DNA from: Phoronis australis
Lineage: Eukaryota > Animalia > Phoronida
Reading direction: 5' to 3'
Length of the DNA stretch: 64,000 bases
Assembly (NCBI GenBank): GCA_002633005.1
Contig: NMRA01000019.1
Span: 338,057 to 402,056, forward strand
Position 1 is the first letter of the stretch. The number at the start of each line of letters is the position of its first letter. The translations under genes were made by a program, and so were the position numbers. The notes under the pieces were generated by a model, which did no database searches, had not been told where the DNA came from, and saw nothing but the letters and a program-made list of their open reading frames with translations. Shown here in pieces: positions 13,801 through 27,190 of the stretch.

Positions 13801-14790
13801 TCTATTAATAACTGTTCCTGTTGTCTATTTCTAGCACGTACGCGTTTTGAAATTTGTATGGACTTCTGTCTAATTGTCATTTTTAAAATATCCCAAGACA
13901 AGTTTTTATCTTCTTGGTTCTCCGTCATGTGATGATCAGAAATAATTGTTCCGATCTCATCCACGTATTCCTTTATAAGAAGCAAGTTATTATTTAATTT
14001 CCACAAACCCGGTCCTCGATGAGAGTTACCAATATTAACACTGAGCGTGACAGCTGAGTGATCGGAATATATAAAATCATTAATTATATTAGACTGACAT
14101 CTTGAAGACATAACAGTGTCAACTAGCCAATAGTCTAGTCTACTTTGAGCTTTTAATTGTTTATCTCTCCACGAGTACTTCCTTATCCCAGGGTTTCTCA
14201 TCCTCAATACATCTATTAAACTAAAATTTCTACAGAAATTATGAATATTGTCAATAAGCTTTTTCTTATGGAGGACGTCAGTTACCGCAAATTTGTCCAA
14301 GTCAGTGAGTGGGCAGTTAAAACATCCAGCACAGAGGACATTGCATAATTGGAGGTCACTCAATTAACTTTCAAGTCTAGACAGGAAGATCAGTTGATTT
14401 CTTAAATCGTTTGGGAAAATACACATTAACAAAAACGAAATCTTCCTCATAGAGTTTACATGAAACAATATTGAAGCGACCATTTTCATCGTTTTTTACC
14501 ACAATATTCCTAATGTTTTGCGAAATATTAGAATCAAATAATATTGTGGTTCCTCTACTATGTTTTGTTCCAAAGCTTGAAAAATTAAGAACATTCCATT
14601 CTTTTTGCAGAATATGTTCAACTTCTGGACTAAAATACGTTTCCTGTAAATAAACAATGTTGAATTTGCTATGTGATATGAAATTCAATAAATGTTTCCA
14701 CTTAATATCTGAATTTAATCCCCGGACATTTAAGGATACCAGTTTTAAATTANATATGCACTCCAGCCTTTTCTCCACAACTTGTTCCAC
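10852..14790 (-). mobile_element. Degenerate L1/Tx1-clade non-LTR retrotransposon (ORF2: APE endonuclease, RT, C-terminal Cys/His motif), 5'-truncated
   Basis: Fragmented ORFs: SLNVRGLN/YLQET, SRLDYWLV/SDHS, GPGLWKLNN, GLRQGDPLS, QYADD, CPYC..EHMFYLC; frameshifts and stops; A-rich tail with AATAAA-like units at 10852-10900. Confidence 0.93.
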
Positions 14791-14949
14791 ATTCAGGTAT
14801 CAAGAAATCTTCACACACCTTCAATAAAAATTTTTTTTCAAGAAAAGGGTCAGAGCTGAGAACACGTGCGTGTTGTTATCTCGATTATCTCCCCTGGTCT
14901 CCGATTATCTCCCCTGGCCTCCATTATCTCCCCTGGTTGACAGTTAACA

Positions 14950-15800
14950 TTATCTGTGTAGCCTGTATGTCCCAATGAGTCTGTAAATATTTTTGTCCAA
15001 ACACAACTGGGCAACTCTGCCCACATGTCTCCTAAGATGTCCATGTTGCATTCTGATCGGTCTCTGGCCTCAGTGCCGTCACATTTCGTTGCAGTTTGTC
15101 TCAGGCCAGTACACCTTCATCCAGGCAAAACGCTTGGAAATCCTGAAAGTATTGGTAACATCTGTTCATGCTGTTTCGGTATTATTGCAGATTTGATGCG
15201 GAACTGAGTAGTAACATTTGTCTATTGTAAATGAATTATAAACAACAACTGCTTGATGAGGGTTGACATCCTACCGTATATTGGAAATCAAAATGCATAA
15301 AATTATTTTCATTATCGCAGACTAAGAACTTACCAATATTTTTGTAAATAGACATTTGGTTGGTTTTGGATGGGATTTGCAACAGAGATTTGATTAATGA
15401 GTTACTTGGCCAAATATTTGTTTTTCTTCAAAAAGTGTACACATGTTTAAAGCAATTGGAGACTCCAAACTAAAGTAGCTATAAGAGTCTTTGAGGCCCT
15501 GGTAATATTATTATGAACCACCTTAAAAATGGAGAAAAGAACTGACCTTCAAAAAGTACTAGACAGTTTTGTAAAATACTTCCCAGTGATATATGTAATC
15601 AGTAATAAAAACATTGCAGTGAGTCATTTTTAGACACGGGTTTAGTGAATACTTACAGATAATAATGATACGAAGTCAGCAGCTTGCTGCCCACAGCACA
15701 GTTTTATTTCCAGTTGGCATTTCTTGACACCTGTGACACGGACAACATGATGGATCTTCTGATGGTGCTGGATAATGATCCAATGAAGTGAGCTCTGGTA
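14950..15800 (-). pseudogene. Decayed two-exon P2X7-ballast/nanor/KolX-like Cys-rich protein gene
   Basis: Exon A (about 15800-15657): CPCHRCQEMPT..(frameshift)LCCGQ, donor GTAAGT; exon B from 15142 after actttcag: DFQAFCLDEGVL...QHGHLRRHVGRV..PSCVWTKIF.D.LGHTGY. Confidence 0.65.
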
Positions 15801-15879
15801 GCCTAAATACTAGACGCGCGTTCTCAGTCGCATGGCGATATCCAACAGTAGGTCTCTCAATTCCCGCTCCCGTGTATGT

Positions 15880-18390
15880 GATTTATTGAAACATATACAC
15901 ATGACCGTAGGCCCAAAATATAATATGTACAAGACAGAACATTGTCAGGTGCCACGTTTCAAACTGAATTTGTTACGCTTGAGAGCATGATGGACAGATT
16001 TTATAAGTAGGATATCCGGAGTTCTCATGAGAGACACAAATTTAGATGTCGTGGGAGAATGACAAAAACGATCACTTAAGTACTTGACCCGAAGGTCTTG
16101 GTACGCAGTGCAAACTAACACAACGTGGTATTCGTCCTCTGCACATCCCGAACTACATAACTCACACAACCTGTTTTCATTGGGAATATTTGTGTGGCGA
16201 CCTCTTTCCACTAGTAACGAATTTGAACATCGCAATAGAGTCAGAGACTAGATAAAAACACGTGGGATACTAACTATTTCTAGACAATTCTCAAAAAAAC
16301 AATACATTGTTTTATACCTCACATAGTAAGGCAGTTTTGCGTTACATTCGATATCAGATTACCAGCCTTGCAAATAACAATCGCTGACACGTTGAGAAAA
16401 AACTGTCAAGTCAAGAAATATGCTTTGTTTACCACACTCTGATTAATCCATACATCTGAGAAACTAGACCCAATTATAGGAAGATCTTCCAATCAGGTCT
16501 GACTGAAAAAGCATATCATATGCAGCCTTTACCCCACGATTACTAGGCATCTCCAGTATTTTGAACCAGTGTTTTAAACAGGATACAAAATATTTAGCAA
16601 ATAATGGGAATCGACGACATTCTCCCATAATTGCCGAGTTTGAACAAAAACTACCTACTCTTAAAATGGGTTTACAAAACTTGATATGTACATTTTCCAA
16701 CTTTTCATATTCCTTAAAGCCCCATATTTCAGCGTTGTAACACAGAGAGGGGTAAACTATTTTATCGAACAAGTGAAAGGCTATTGACCGGGGCAGATCA
16801 CGACATCTTCGCTTTAATTTACAAATTGCAGACGCAGCTTTATTTGCTTGACTAGATAAGGCTTTAATGGCTTTGGTCCACGAAACTTTTGGAGTAATAA
16901 GTAGTCCAAGGTATTTGAAGTGAGATACCACATCGACCAATGTTTCATTGTAAAACCATTTCTCATATCGTCTAAGGGGACCGCCATTTCTGAAAACGAC
17001 CACTTTAGTTTTCTTCAACTTTACTTGCATGCCCCATGATTCGCAAAATTCTGCCAAACAATTTGGCATACGTTGTAAGTTGATGGCGGTAGAGGAACAT
17101 AACACCATGTCGTCTGCGTACAGCACGGAGTTAACTCTTGGCACTTGTTCGCTGAGATATGTGCTATTAATATTACTTTCCGCACTAAGTTGATCCTGAA
17201 ATTCATTTCGATACAACACAAATAATAATGGGCTGTAAGACTATCTTGAGTTTCCACACAAGTGCGCAATTTACTATACATAGAGCGGATTATGTTGAAA
17301 ATTTTACCATGCACATCAATGTTTTTCAATCTATGAAAGAGTAAATTATGTGGGATTCGATCGAATGCCTTCGAGAAATCTACAAAGGCACAGTAATACT
17401 CCCACCCTGCCGACTCAAATACTTGTGACACTGAGCCTGAAGTGTAAACATTTGGTCAATCGTAGAGTAGTCTTTTCTACACCCAGCTTGAGACTCATAA
17501 AATTTATCATTATTTTCATCGCAGTTATAAAGACGTTTATTTAAAACTTTGATAAAAAGTTTTCCCAAAGCAGACAACAGGGAAATACTTCATAGTTATT
17601 TTCGACATTGATATTATCTTGTTTATGTATTGGAGTAAGCAATGCGTCACATCAAGTCTGGGGATAATACCCAGAATCAAACATTGCATTAAAAACTTAT
17701 GCAAGACTGGCACTATCGTTACCTCAGTGCACTACAGCATTTCAAAAAGCACACCATCATAACCCCCAGCCTTGCCATTAGGCAATTGTTCAATGGCCTC
17801 ATATATATTTCAGAAGGTAAAAAATCAGTATTATGATCAGAAAATACTAACGCCTACAGAGTATCTACCTTTTCTTTTTTTCTTATTATAACGAAGATTA
17901 AACGAGTCACAGCCTGACAGCTCAAATTGATCTGAGCGTTTTGCCCATGTTTCACAGATACAAATTATATCGTAAGTAGATAAGTTTATTTGAGCTTCGT
18001 CCCTAACAATTTTATTTTCTAATCCTTGTGCATTCCAAGAAACCATAGAAAGTGTAGGGCCATGGCTTGACCACAAGTAACCTGCTGCGCCGTTCATTTC
18101 AGGTCCATAAACACCAGTTTCCGGGGGTTGTCCAGAAACCATAACCATTGCCACTGTAACTTTTATTTGTATTAATTGTACGATTTACTTGCCAACATGT
18201 ACAAAGACAACCACTGTATGACTTATCAGATTTTTCATTGAAGTCATCTAAGTGTTTGTTTCATACCTGTCATAATAATTTTTCTGTCGTCAAGAAGACT
18301 TTCAACTTGCAAGTTTCGGTTAACCTCTTGCATTTCACAACCTCTTTTTTCTGGTTGATATGGTGTGCATGAAGGTGAATGCTAATGGGC
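15880..18390 (-). mobile_element. Degenerate, internally deleted RTEX/L2-like non-LTR retrotransposon
   Basis: EN start SWNAQGL..IICICETW; RT motifs FVDFSKAFD, LYADD, FKYLGL; C-terminal ERGRH..RLCELC..EDEYHVVLVC; AATAAA near 15886; possible ORF1 esterase remnant VVFVHVG near 18200. Confidence 0.88.
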
Positions 18391-18394
18391 ATAA

Positions 18395-18790
18395 AATATA
18401 TACACAAAATGCACCGAGCGTGGCTTACATGAAATAATATCCCACGAGACATTATTCCGCGTATCGACCGAGACCGAAGGAATAATGTCGAGTGGGATAT
18501 TACTTCATGTACGCCACTCGAGGTACGTTTTGTATTTATCCCATACGCATCGAATTCGTGAGTTTCCTATGTTTTCTTTTGGCATTTTATAAATACTTCA
18601 CCCTAACTGTTAACGAGGCTAATCACGACCTGTTGTGTATGTACGTGCGCGTTATGTTGCTAACTTACTATAGTAAAAGAAAACAGTTTTAAATGTAACG
18701 GTTTATTACTTAAAATTGATAAAAAGTGTGAAAACGACAGTAAATCAATAAAAAGAATATTTATAACATTGTAAAATCCTCAACGGGTAG
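18395..18790 (+). mobile_element. Hairpin-headed element family A, copy 1 (partial)
   Basis: ~145-bp palindrome (atatcccacgagacattattcc...ggaataatgtcgagtgggatat) followed by tttatcccatacgc; similar to 29434, 33092 and 33856 copies. Confidence 0.8.
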
Positions 18791-21700
18791 CAGCACTAAT
18801 TCATGAAACTAGGTCATTGACCCGATCGCGTAGCCAACATGTCGCCTGTTTTCACGAAGATGTTAAAAGTGCCACCATTGATGACACCTCCAGCGAATAT
18901 GCCTGTTGTAGTGTTGTCTCAGGTACGTTGTCGCATTTCTACGGATTCTGTAACCTTGGTACAAAGCTGTATACTAAATATACGACAGTCTGTTTATACG
19001 GCTGAGCTGGCTGGCTACGGATTCTGTACGCATGGTTAGGTTCACGTGTTTCTGGGACGGTCGTCGTTGCTGCTCGTGGAATACCTCGATCGATTCACAG
19101 GCGTCCTCAGCTTCTGATCGTCCCCAATACACTATATATAATACTACAAGGTATGACACTCGGGACCAGGAATTCTACATGTGCTTTACTTCAGCCTTCC
19201 ATATCAAACACAAAACTCAATAAATTTAAACAAAATAAGGTTTCAACAAACCATTAGTAATTGTTCTTTATTCCACTACCCTTCACGGTATCCTGCTTCA
19301 GCGAGATCGCAACAAATTCGCGGTCAAAGCACAAAAATGTTCCCAAAAAGCCCACGCATCAGTCCTCCTTTGACGGTTCGAGGTCAAGGACGGTTGCCGT
19401 TTTGTCACGGAGTTGTTACGACATCGATAACTCCACACTTAGCCAGACCTTTTCGTAACCTTCCGTGATGAACCGGCAATTGCCGCTCATCCGTAACTCA
19501 TAATTCCGCCGCATAAATAATGAGATTTCACTGAAGATCCGCCCACTTTTCATAATTTTTAAAAAAGTGATAGTAAAATAACGGGAGTATGTAGATGGCT
19601 GTAATTTACGAAAAGTGTTAATTTTAGTGATATCTTTCGACAGGCAAACCTCATTTTGTGATCTAAGCAGGTGAAAGTAAAGGAAATAGTATCTTAAAAC
19701 AATTCAACAATCTCTGGAGATGCGCTGGACAGGTCGCACACAACACCATGTAGTCTTCATACAATATCTGTCATGTCATCTTTTACAGATATTCCTCGTA
19801 TATTAGCGGATTTAAGATGGTCCGAACATTCAATGGAAACAGCTGGTGAGACCTTGAGGTGTTATTTTGCAAATACAATGCAGTATTTCTGCTTCATACT
19901 CTTTTAAAACCCAAGGACTTGGGACGTGCTAATTTTTCCATATTCAAACGACATACTTTGGAGCCCAACTTCGCATACACAAGATACCCAAACAGAATGT
20001 TTTAGTACTCGGGCGTTGTTTTGGTATACATGTAGGTGCTTCCACTACGCTCCAAGGCATTGTGTATTTTTGCATATAGAAGAAAGAAAATTACATATCA
20101 GTCCGAAATTCCTTATATTTTCGAAGTAATGAACCTACAGAGTAGTGAAAGCGAATTGTTCCCATTTTTGCGGTATTTCAAACGAGTTATTATAACTTTC
20201 AATTTCAGAAGCCAAACGGTTTGAAAGATCATCAGCTACATTTACGTGCTTTGTTGCGTCATCTGGCTTCACGATCGATCTGTTACAGTATGTAAACTGA
20301 TTGTACAGTGAGACTTTCAATAAGATAATCATTGATAGTTTTAGGCACCCCCACCCCACCCCACGGAGGCCCATGCCTATCAAAGACCAGTGTTAACTGC
20401 ACGGTCCATCTTAGTTGTTCGAGTCACACCTTACCCGGCCGGGGGACGGATCTTCAATTTGAACTTTACTTGGTATCGCTAATTTCTAGGTTCAATCTAC
20501 CGTTTAGTTAAGTGACGGTGTGAAACTATTAAGAGTGGCTATTTACTGCCAAAATGTCAGTTTTATGTCTCCGACACTTCGGTGTAACAGCAATGAAAAA
20601 GTTTGTCATCGGGTTCACTTGGATCACACACTAGGAAATGAAGAAACGGTGAAAGGGAATTACCATAATTTATGACGTTAGCATTTACTTACATCAGTGG
20701 CATAATAGATTATAGACAACAGATTCGCGACATTTTCTTAGGTACTATCCTAGACGCGGCCTCACTCTCCTAAATTATCTGGTTCATTTTCCGGTCAGCA
20801 TATTGTAACGGGAAATTCTCGCATCTATTTTACTGTCCAGTGCAGCGCAAACAAAATAATAATTTCGGCATTGAAACGCTGTTCAAAATCTTAAAATAGT
20901 AGAACTGTTGGTATCGTGAGTACTTTTAGCAATGCTACTACTATCCGACCACACAACAACCGACCAAGATTAGCAGACGACGTACATGCCGGAAATAATA
21001 CCAGATAATGTGACCAGGTGTCGCTGGTGAATAATAACGTAACGTTGTATCTAAGAGCACAGATTTCGCCCATTGAAAGCATACGGAGTTGACGGTCCAT
21101 GTAGTACAGTCTATGGTTCATAGCGGTAAGCATAAGAGAAGATGTTAATGAAGATGCGTGAGAAACGGTCTTTGATAGGGGTAAAACATGTCATATTAAA
21201 AGCACAGCAGAGCAACTAATAATTATGCTATCTGCGGGGACCGGTTTGGCGCTATTTTGTAGGTAAAGACTTTGAGTTAAATCACAATGCTTGAATTGTT
21301 GACAATTTTTTTTTCTAAATCACATTTGTAAACACATTAAAATGCATCAAAATAGTTGACCCTTACTGGTAATGTGGGGTAAACTCAGTGGATTTTTATA
21401 AAACGCAGATTTCTGTTGTGGAATTGGTAATACATTTATACAGGTTTGCCACTATAGTATAAGTGAGTACTGTGAATATTACGGTGTTGTTTGGACAGTA
21501 ACTTCTCAATTATTTATGAAGATAGCTTTTATGTCAACTGTTGTATGGGTGATTGTTAATCGCAATAACCTGCGACTGTAATGTTGTTAAGGCTTTTTTG
21601 AAATAATTTTTAAAAAGACTTGTGTTTTATTTCTATCCAGTGCTAACTGACAGTATAATTACTGTTCCTGGGATGGACTTCGTAAAAACATGGCTGACCT

Positions 21701-22199
21701 TGAAAAGTGTGGAATTTTTACCGACACTATCGGCCTCTAAGAAAGCGCTACGAAATTGGGAGTGGGTGGTTATCAGGAAGAAACACGAGTCAGTGACAAT
21801 CCTACATATGACGGGGGTGGCATAAGTGCAACTTTTTGGCATTCTAGTCGACCATCTTTCAAAGAATATTGGTTTAGCAGTCCCCCGTCTTCTTACACGG
21901 AAATGCACGTAAATTGGTTTGTTTACTCGAACAAATTTTAAATATTCACGATGTAGCATGAGGCGAAACCGTGAACTCGTGGCACTTCAGTGGCTGCATT
22001 TTCCAGGAAAAGGGGGTCAAATGTCAGCTGTTATCGCTATGAGCTTGTATCCTATTATTAACTGTTTTTTCTTCATCAACGCCGCTTTCAGTCATTCACA
22101 CGGTCTGCGTGTATGCGTTACATAGAATCTTCTTTTTTTGTGAATGTCAGATTAATGGTCCTTGTGCTGGTTAATAACAAGAACGCGAAATTCTGTGAT

Positions 22200-23290
22200 A
22201 CGTAACTGTGACATCACCGGTACTAGGGCAAAAGCTTGTCGTTTGACCATTTGCCCAAAACGTTAGCAGAGTGTATTCTGCTCAGTTAACTTCGAGTTTT
22301 TAATGTTTTAGTGTGATAAATGCCAAAAAACATTGCTGTTATGGGAAATGTAATTCAGATTCGCGCTACAATATTTCCCATCGCGTTTTGTACAAATTGT
22401 GTCCCGTGTATTATAAACGGGCGGTAGGCGAAATGAGCTCATCGCTTAAGAATTTAAACCTAGTCAAATACATTCTACACTTAAAACTATCACTTGAGAA
22501 AGCGATTAATTTCTTCACTGACCCTTTCGGCTTCTAAACATATCTTCGATATATAAAGTTTAGCTATGAGAATGAAGGTGACTTAGACCTCAGATATTGT
22601 TTAGTCTATCTGAGCTTTGACGAAGAATTCCAACTCCACTTTTTCACCGCGCGCGCAATAACCACAAAGTATTTGAACTGAGTCACGTGAGTTAGGCAAA
22701 GGCTAGGGCGAGACTGAGCGAAGGGCGTGACCTGGCGCATGACACTTGCAAAATAGCATGGGAAGATATCAAGTGAAATTTGTAAGATTTGTGTCCCCTT
22801 GGACTTTTTGTTCATCAACAGGCGTGATTTCAAGTTGCTTCATCAAAATGGTGCCCGGTGAGAGAAACTCGAACGAACCGCGATAGATTTTTATGGATGT
22901 TCAAGTTATTTGTTGACTAAATTGTATCCAGAGTCATGGTATGTGTTAATTATAACTCCATGCGCATATATGCACGTTTCATTTGATTTTTATTTGCTTT
23001 CTTTGAAGGGAGTAACTTTTTATGGGGATGTACCATCGCCCTTGAATGCGGCGGTAGTACAGGTCGAGTTCCAATTTCAGTCTGTTTACAGCTTCGAAAC
23101 TCACATTTTCTCTTTCCATTCACAGTTATTCCACGATCCATAAACCACTTCTTAAGTTGTGGTAACGTTTTAAGCGTAAAACTCACCATAAAAATTCTGT
23201 AAGATTTAGTGCGTGCACCAAAGACTCGGGTGCTAAACAACTGGACAGTATGGCTTGTTTTGCCGTACTTCCGGTGACGTCACATTGAAT
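22200..23290. mobile_element. Internally deleted ISL2EU/PIF-like DNA transposon remnant
   Basis: Subterminal inverted repeat tgtgacatcaccgg / ccggtgacgtcaca; THAP-like start KHCCYGKCNSDSRY on + at 22313; SAP-like TLPQLKKWFMDRGITVNGKRK on - near 23100-23170. Confidence 0.55.
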
Positions 23291-23528
23291 AACTGGAAAC
23301 TAACAAGTGAACTATTGATTGTATATTGAACAGCATTTTTCTTTGACCTGTGTAAGCCACGCATTAATTATCCGGGTAAACGGACTGATAGGTCTCGCCG
23401 GTGGATGGTTCAGACTGCCATTGAATTCATGGGAAAAGAGCCTCTTTCTCCAGCATTATAGCTGTGGTAGAAACGTGAGATAGAGAGATCACCGGCACTT
23501 GAGTCAACTTTATTATTGCTTCGCCATC

Positions 23529-23723
23529 ATGGATGATATTTCTGCGTCTACACAAGAGGGTGACGAGGTCACCATGATAGATCTGATGTTAAAACTGGAG
23601 AAAACGACAAACCTCCTTACGAAGTGTCTTCAAAGCCAGTCTTTCCCCACCGACTCAGGGATTCCAGGCGGTAACGAAGTTTCATTGAGCGACGTGGTTT
23701 TGTCGGCGCGAAAGGCTCGCCAG
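23529..23723 (+). CDS. Cys-less pLGIC subunit, putative exon 1 (MDDISASTQEG...RKARQ)
   Basis: Good start context ccatcATGG, 65 open codons, donor CAG|GTAGGT, phase 0 compatible with exon 2; link to exon 2 is inferred. Confidence 0.65.
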
Positions 23724-24339
23724 GTAGGTCAAACGATAATTACACTCGCACATTGATTATCAGATTTCTCGCCCAAATTACAAATATGTCACACCAAGCA
23801 AACGTGTAGACTTATGTTTGTTTCCGAAATTTGAAGTTCCTGTATAGCTTTGAATTATCTCGGTCATGGCATTGGTGATTGACTAAGATACCCACCGACC
23901 AGCCACATCGCTGTTGACCTAGTTGTACGTGAACAATGTGCGGTGATCTGATAAGAACATGTTTTTGGACAAACATTGGGTAGTGTTACCCTTTTGACGA
24001 GCATGTCTATGCTCTAAAAATTGAGTCGTAGTCCTATTAGTCTCCCAAAAGCTCGCCAGTCCCGTCAGCCGCTGACATGGGCGGCGCACCATAGGGGGCT
24101 GGAGGGAGGAGGGTATACATGTAACCCCACTTTTCAGTTCAGTGCTACGCCGGCCGTGGTCGGCTACACTCAGGCGGTGCGTCAGAAGGGGGCTGGGTGA
24201 CTACAGCCCCCACTTTTTTCAGTGCTGCGGAGCCCATGACTGAATATAGTCGTATCTCAATATGTGAACCTCTGCCGTAATCCCTGAGGAAGAAAGTTGA
24301 AATGTACGGCGTGCTGTGAACATTAATTCGTGTATTTTC

Positions 24340-24592
24340 CATGCGCGCACCCAGGGGGCTCAGGGGACTCGAAGGAGGCCCCCATTTGGCGAAGTGGGCA
24401 AAAAGGTTCTTCTCGGAGAAACAAAAATTCCAAAAAAATAGAAAACGAGACATAAGTCCACTAAAAAGGCAGGAACTACCAAAATTCGGTGAATGCACAA
24501 TTCATAGCTCTGAAAGTACCCCTTGAATCTTAGTAAAAGGCCAACATTCTAAAAAATTCGAACCTCACAATTTTAGGCTGGGTGTGCATATG
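24340..24592. mobile_element. Short hAT-like MITE (related pieces near 50330-50550, 59190-59320, 63660-63820)
   Basis: TIRs catgcgcgcacccag / ctgggtgtgcatatg; shared interior aaaacgagaca(t/a)aagtccact; flanks ttttc/tttcc. Confidence 0.65.
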
Positions 24593-27058
24593 TTTCCTCA
24601 TCCCGTGTATTTTTGACTCTGGTTTCTTGGAAGCATGAATTTCACAATTTCAGTCGTCGTCATCATTGTATCCATCTCAGCGACGAAGTTTAAAGCCGTT
24701 GTTGTTTATGGACATATATCACGTGACGTCTCCATACTTCGGTTGCAAACTCGTTCATAAACTACTCTACACCGTCGGAATTTTGTAAGCTGCACACGAC
24801 TAGATTATGTGTGAGGTGGTCCAAACGGCATACCGCTCAGTGATTTTGTACTTAATAACCTTTCCTGATATCTCCAGGTAATGGTTGGGATATTCGTTTA
24901 GTGATATCAGTATGGTTCAAATTGGTCAATACTCTAAGTCTACTTTTCCAAGAAATCGATACGTCTAGCAAAAGACAAGACGAGATTTTGAGGGAACAAA
25001 ACACTGACAGTTCAAATCTGCTTGCTTTGATTTTGTGTGGCAAAAACGGCTACTTTGAAGGTTTTCACCGAAGCCATTTTTGGCCAACTTTGGCACTCTC
25101 TAGCAGCCATATTGTACCTTTCCAAGGACTAACTTGGTAATCATTTGTTTAGTCATTCCTAACTTGTTCATAATCTAAAATAAAAAATCCTGCCTCTCTC
25201 GTAGTTATTGCTTAAGAAGCATTACACGAACTGCACTTGGTCCTATTTGCCTGTTCTCAGTTGCCTCAACCACCGATAGCTTGTATCTTAGAGAAAAAGC
25301 AGACGGCATTACTGATTACCATTCCCTGAAAACGACACTGAAGATTATTGCTTATTACGAAAAATTATGTAGGCCTACATAAATTATGACCGGCATGGTG
25401 CGCTTCGTGTACACGATATATGGCGTCGCTGTTTGTTTCCATGGAGTCTGTAGACGCTACTAAAAGCCGAATTGTCCTTGTTCTCGTCCATTATCTTCGT
25501 TGTGAGAGCCACTGGCATAGGAGCGGTGGGGCATCCTCTGTTCAGTGCAAAAAATTCGTGATATTGGAATGTCCCCGCAGATTGCTACAAATTTTAATCT
25601 CCACCGATTGCCAGTGNNNNNNNNNNNNNNNNNNNNNNNNNNNNNNNNNNNNNNNNNNNNNNNNNNNNNNNNNNNNNNNNNNNNNNNNNNNNNNNNNNNN
25701 NNNNNNNNNNNNNNNNNNNNNNNNNNNNNNNNNNNNNNNNNNNNNNNNNNNNNNNNNNNNNNNNNNNNNNNNNNNNNNNNNNNNNNNNNNNNNNNNNNNN
25801 NNNNNNNNNNNNNNNNNNNNNNNNNNNNNNNNNNNNNNNNNNNNNNNNNNNNNNNNNNNNNNNNNNNNNNNNNNNNNNNNNNNNNNNNNNNNNNNNNNNN
25901 NNNNNNNNNNNNNNNNNNNNNNNNNNNNNNNNNNNNNNNNNNNNNNNNNNNNNNNNNNNNNNNNNNNNNNNNNNNNNNNNNNNNNNNNNNNNNNNNNNNN
26001 NNNNNNNNNNNNNNNNNNNNNNNNNNNNNNNNNNNNNNNNNNNNNNNNNNNNNNNNNNNNNNNNNNNNNNNNNNNNNNNNNNNNNNNNNNNNNNNNNNNN
26101 NNNNNNNNNNNNNNNNNNNNNNNNNNNNNNNNNNNNNNNNNNNNNNNNNNNNNNNNNNNNNNNNNNNNNNNNNNNNNNNNNNNNNNNNNNNNNNNNNNNN
26201 NNNNNNNNNNNNNNNNNNNNNNNNNNNNNNNNNNNNNNNNNNNNNNNNNNNNNNNNNNNNNNNNNNNNNNNNNNNNNNNNNNNNNNNNNNNNNNNNNNNN
26301 NNNNNNNNTTTTTGTTGAAAACTCTTTAAACGACCTTCGTTCCCCATCTTGTCTTTAAGCACATGATAACCTCGACCAGTCTTAACAAATGATAATTTGT
26401 ACAATTTCAAAATTCATAGGTATGTATTTCCATTTACAAGTGTTTAAATTAAATTGTTAATGGAAGAAAACAAGAGAGATACATGTAGGCCTATAAGTTT
26501 TTGATACATGTATATCCTTAAACCCAATGTCAACTGACTCACTGGGCAAATGTCATTGGGTTTAGTTTTGTTACTGACCGCGCAATACGTCCAGAAAACA
26601 ACTTTTTTCAGTTGAAAGAGCTTTTACTTGATTTTTATAACAATTTAATGCAGAGTTTGTGTTGAAATTTTGGTTCAAATGATCTGTAGACTCTGCTCAT
26701 CATTTCCGAAGTAAACAGTTTGCTAGACAATTTTCACTAAAATGTAAAGTTGAGGCAAGATACTTTTTTTTCAAGATTAACTCTTTAATCGTATGTTCAA
26801 AAGGTTACATAAAACTACAAGGTGCAATGTGGCGATAAGAAGGTCACAAAAACAGCCACTAAAGTTTGCTAGGCTTGCTAGAAAAATGTTCTGTGGATTA
26901 TCTACCGGCCTTGTCCAGTACAAAGCCGTCAAATTTGAATAAATCCACAGTATACATTGTTTTTTTCCAGACACCAAAGCGCAACTTTCAGTCCAATTTG
27001 TATGTTGCTAATTTCCGTTTCTAAAAATATGCAATTTTCGACACGGCGAATATGACTA

Positions 27059-27190
27059 ATGGGGCTTTTCGACGTATTCTCCTCGCGGTGTCGGTGCTGT
27101 ACTAGTGGTGGTTGAATTACGCTTGCGTCGCTGTTCTGCATGTAAACACTGAGCTGGTAAAAAGACAGAATTATTATCAAAATACTTAGT
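27059..27190 (-). repeat. Terminal fragment of the ISL2EU-like family seen at 47197-49010
   Basis: Reverse complement of about 48890-49010 (ctcctcgcggtgtcggtgctgtactagtggt). Confidence 0.7.

Noticed and set aside
15258-15270. GGTTGACAT as the L1 target-site duplication matching 10845-10853
   Set aside because: It lies in the intron of the ballast-like pseudogene, about 470 bp beyond the end of L1 homology; probably chance
25420-26410. Long ORFs of 257-316 aa
   Set aside because: Artefacts of reading through the N-gap
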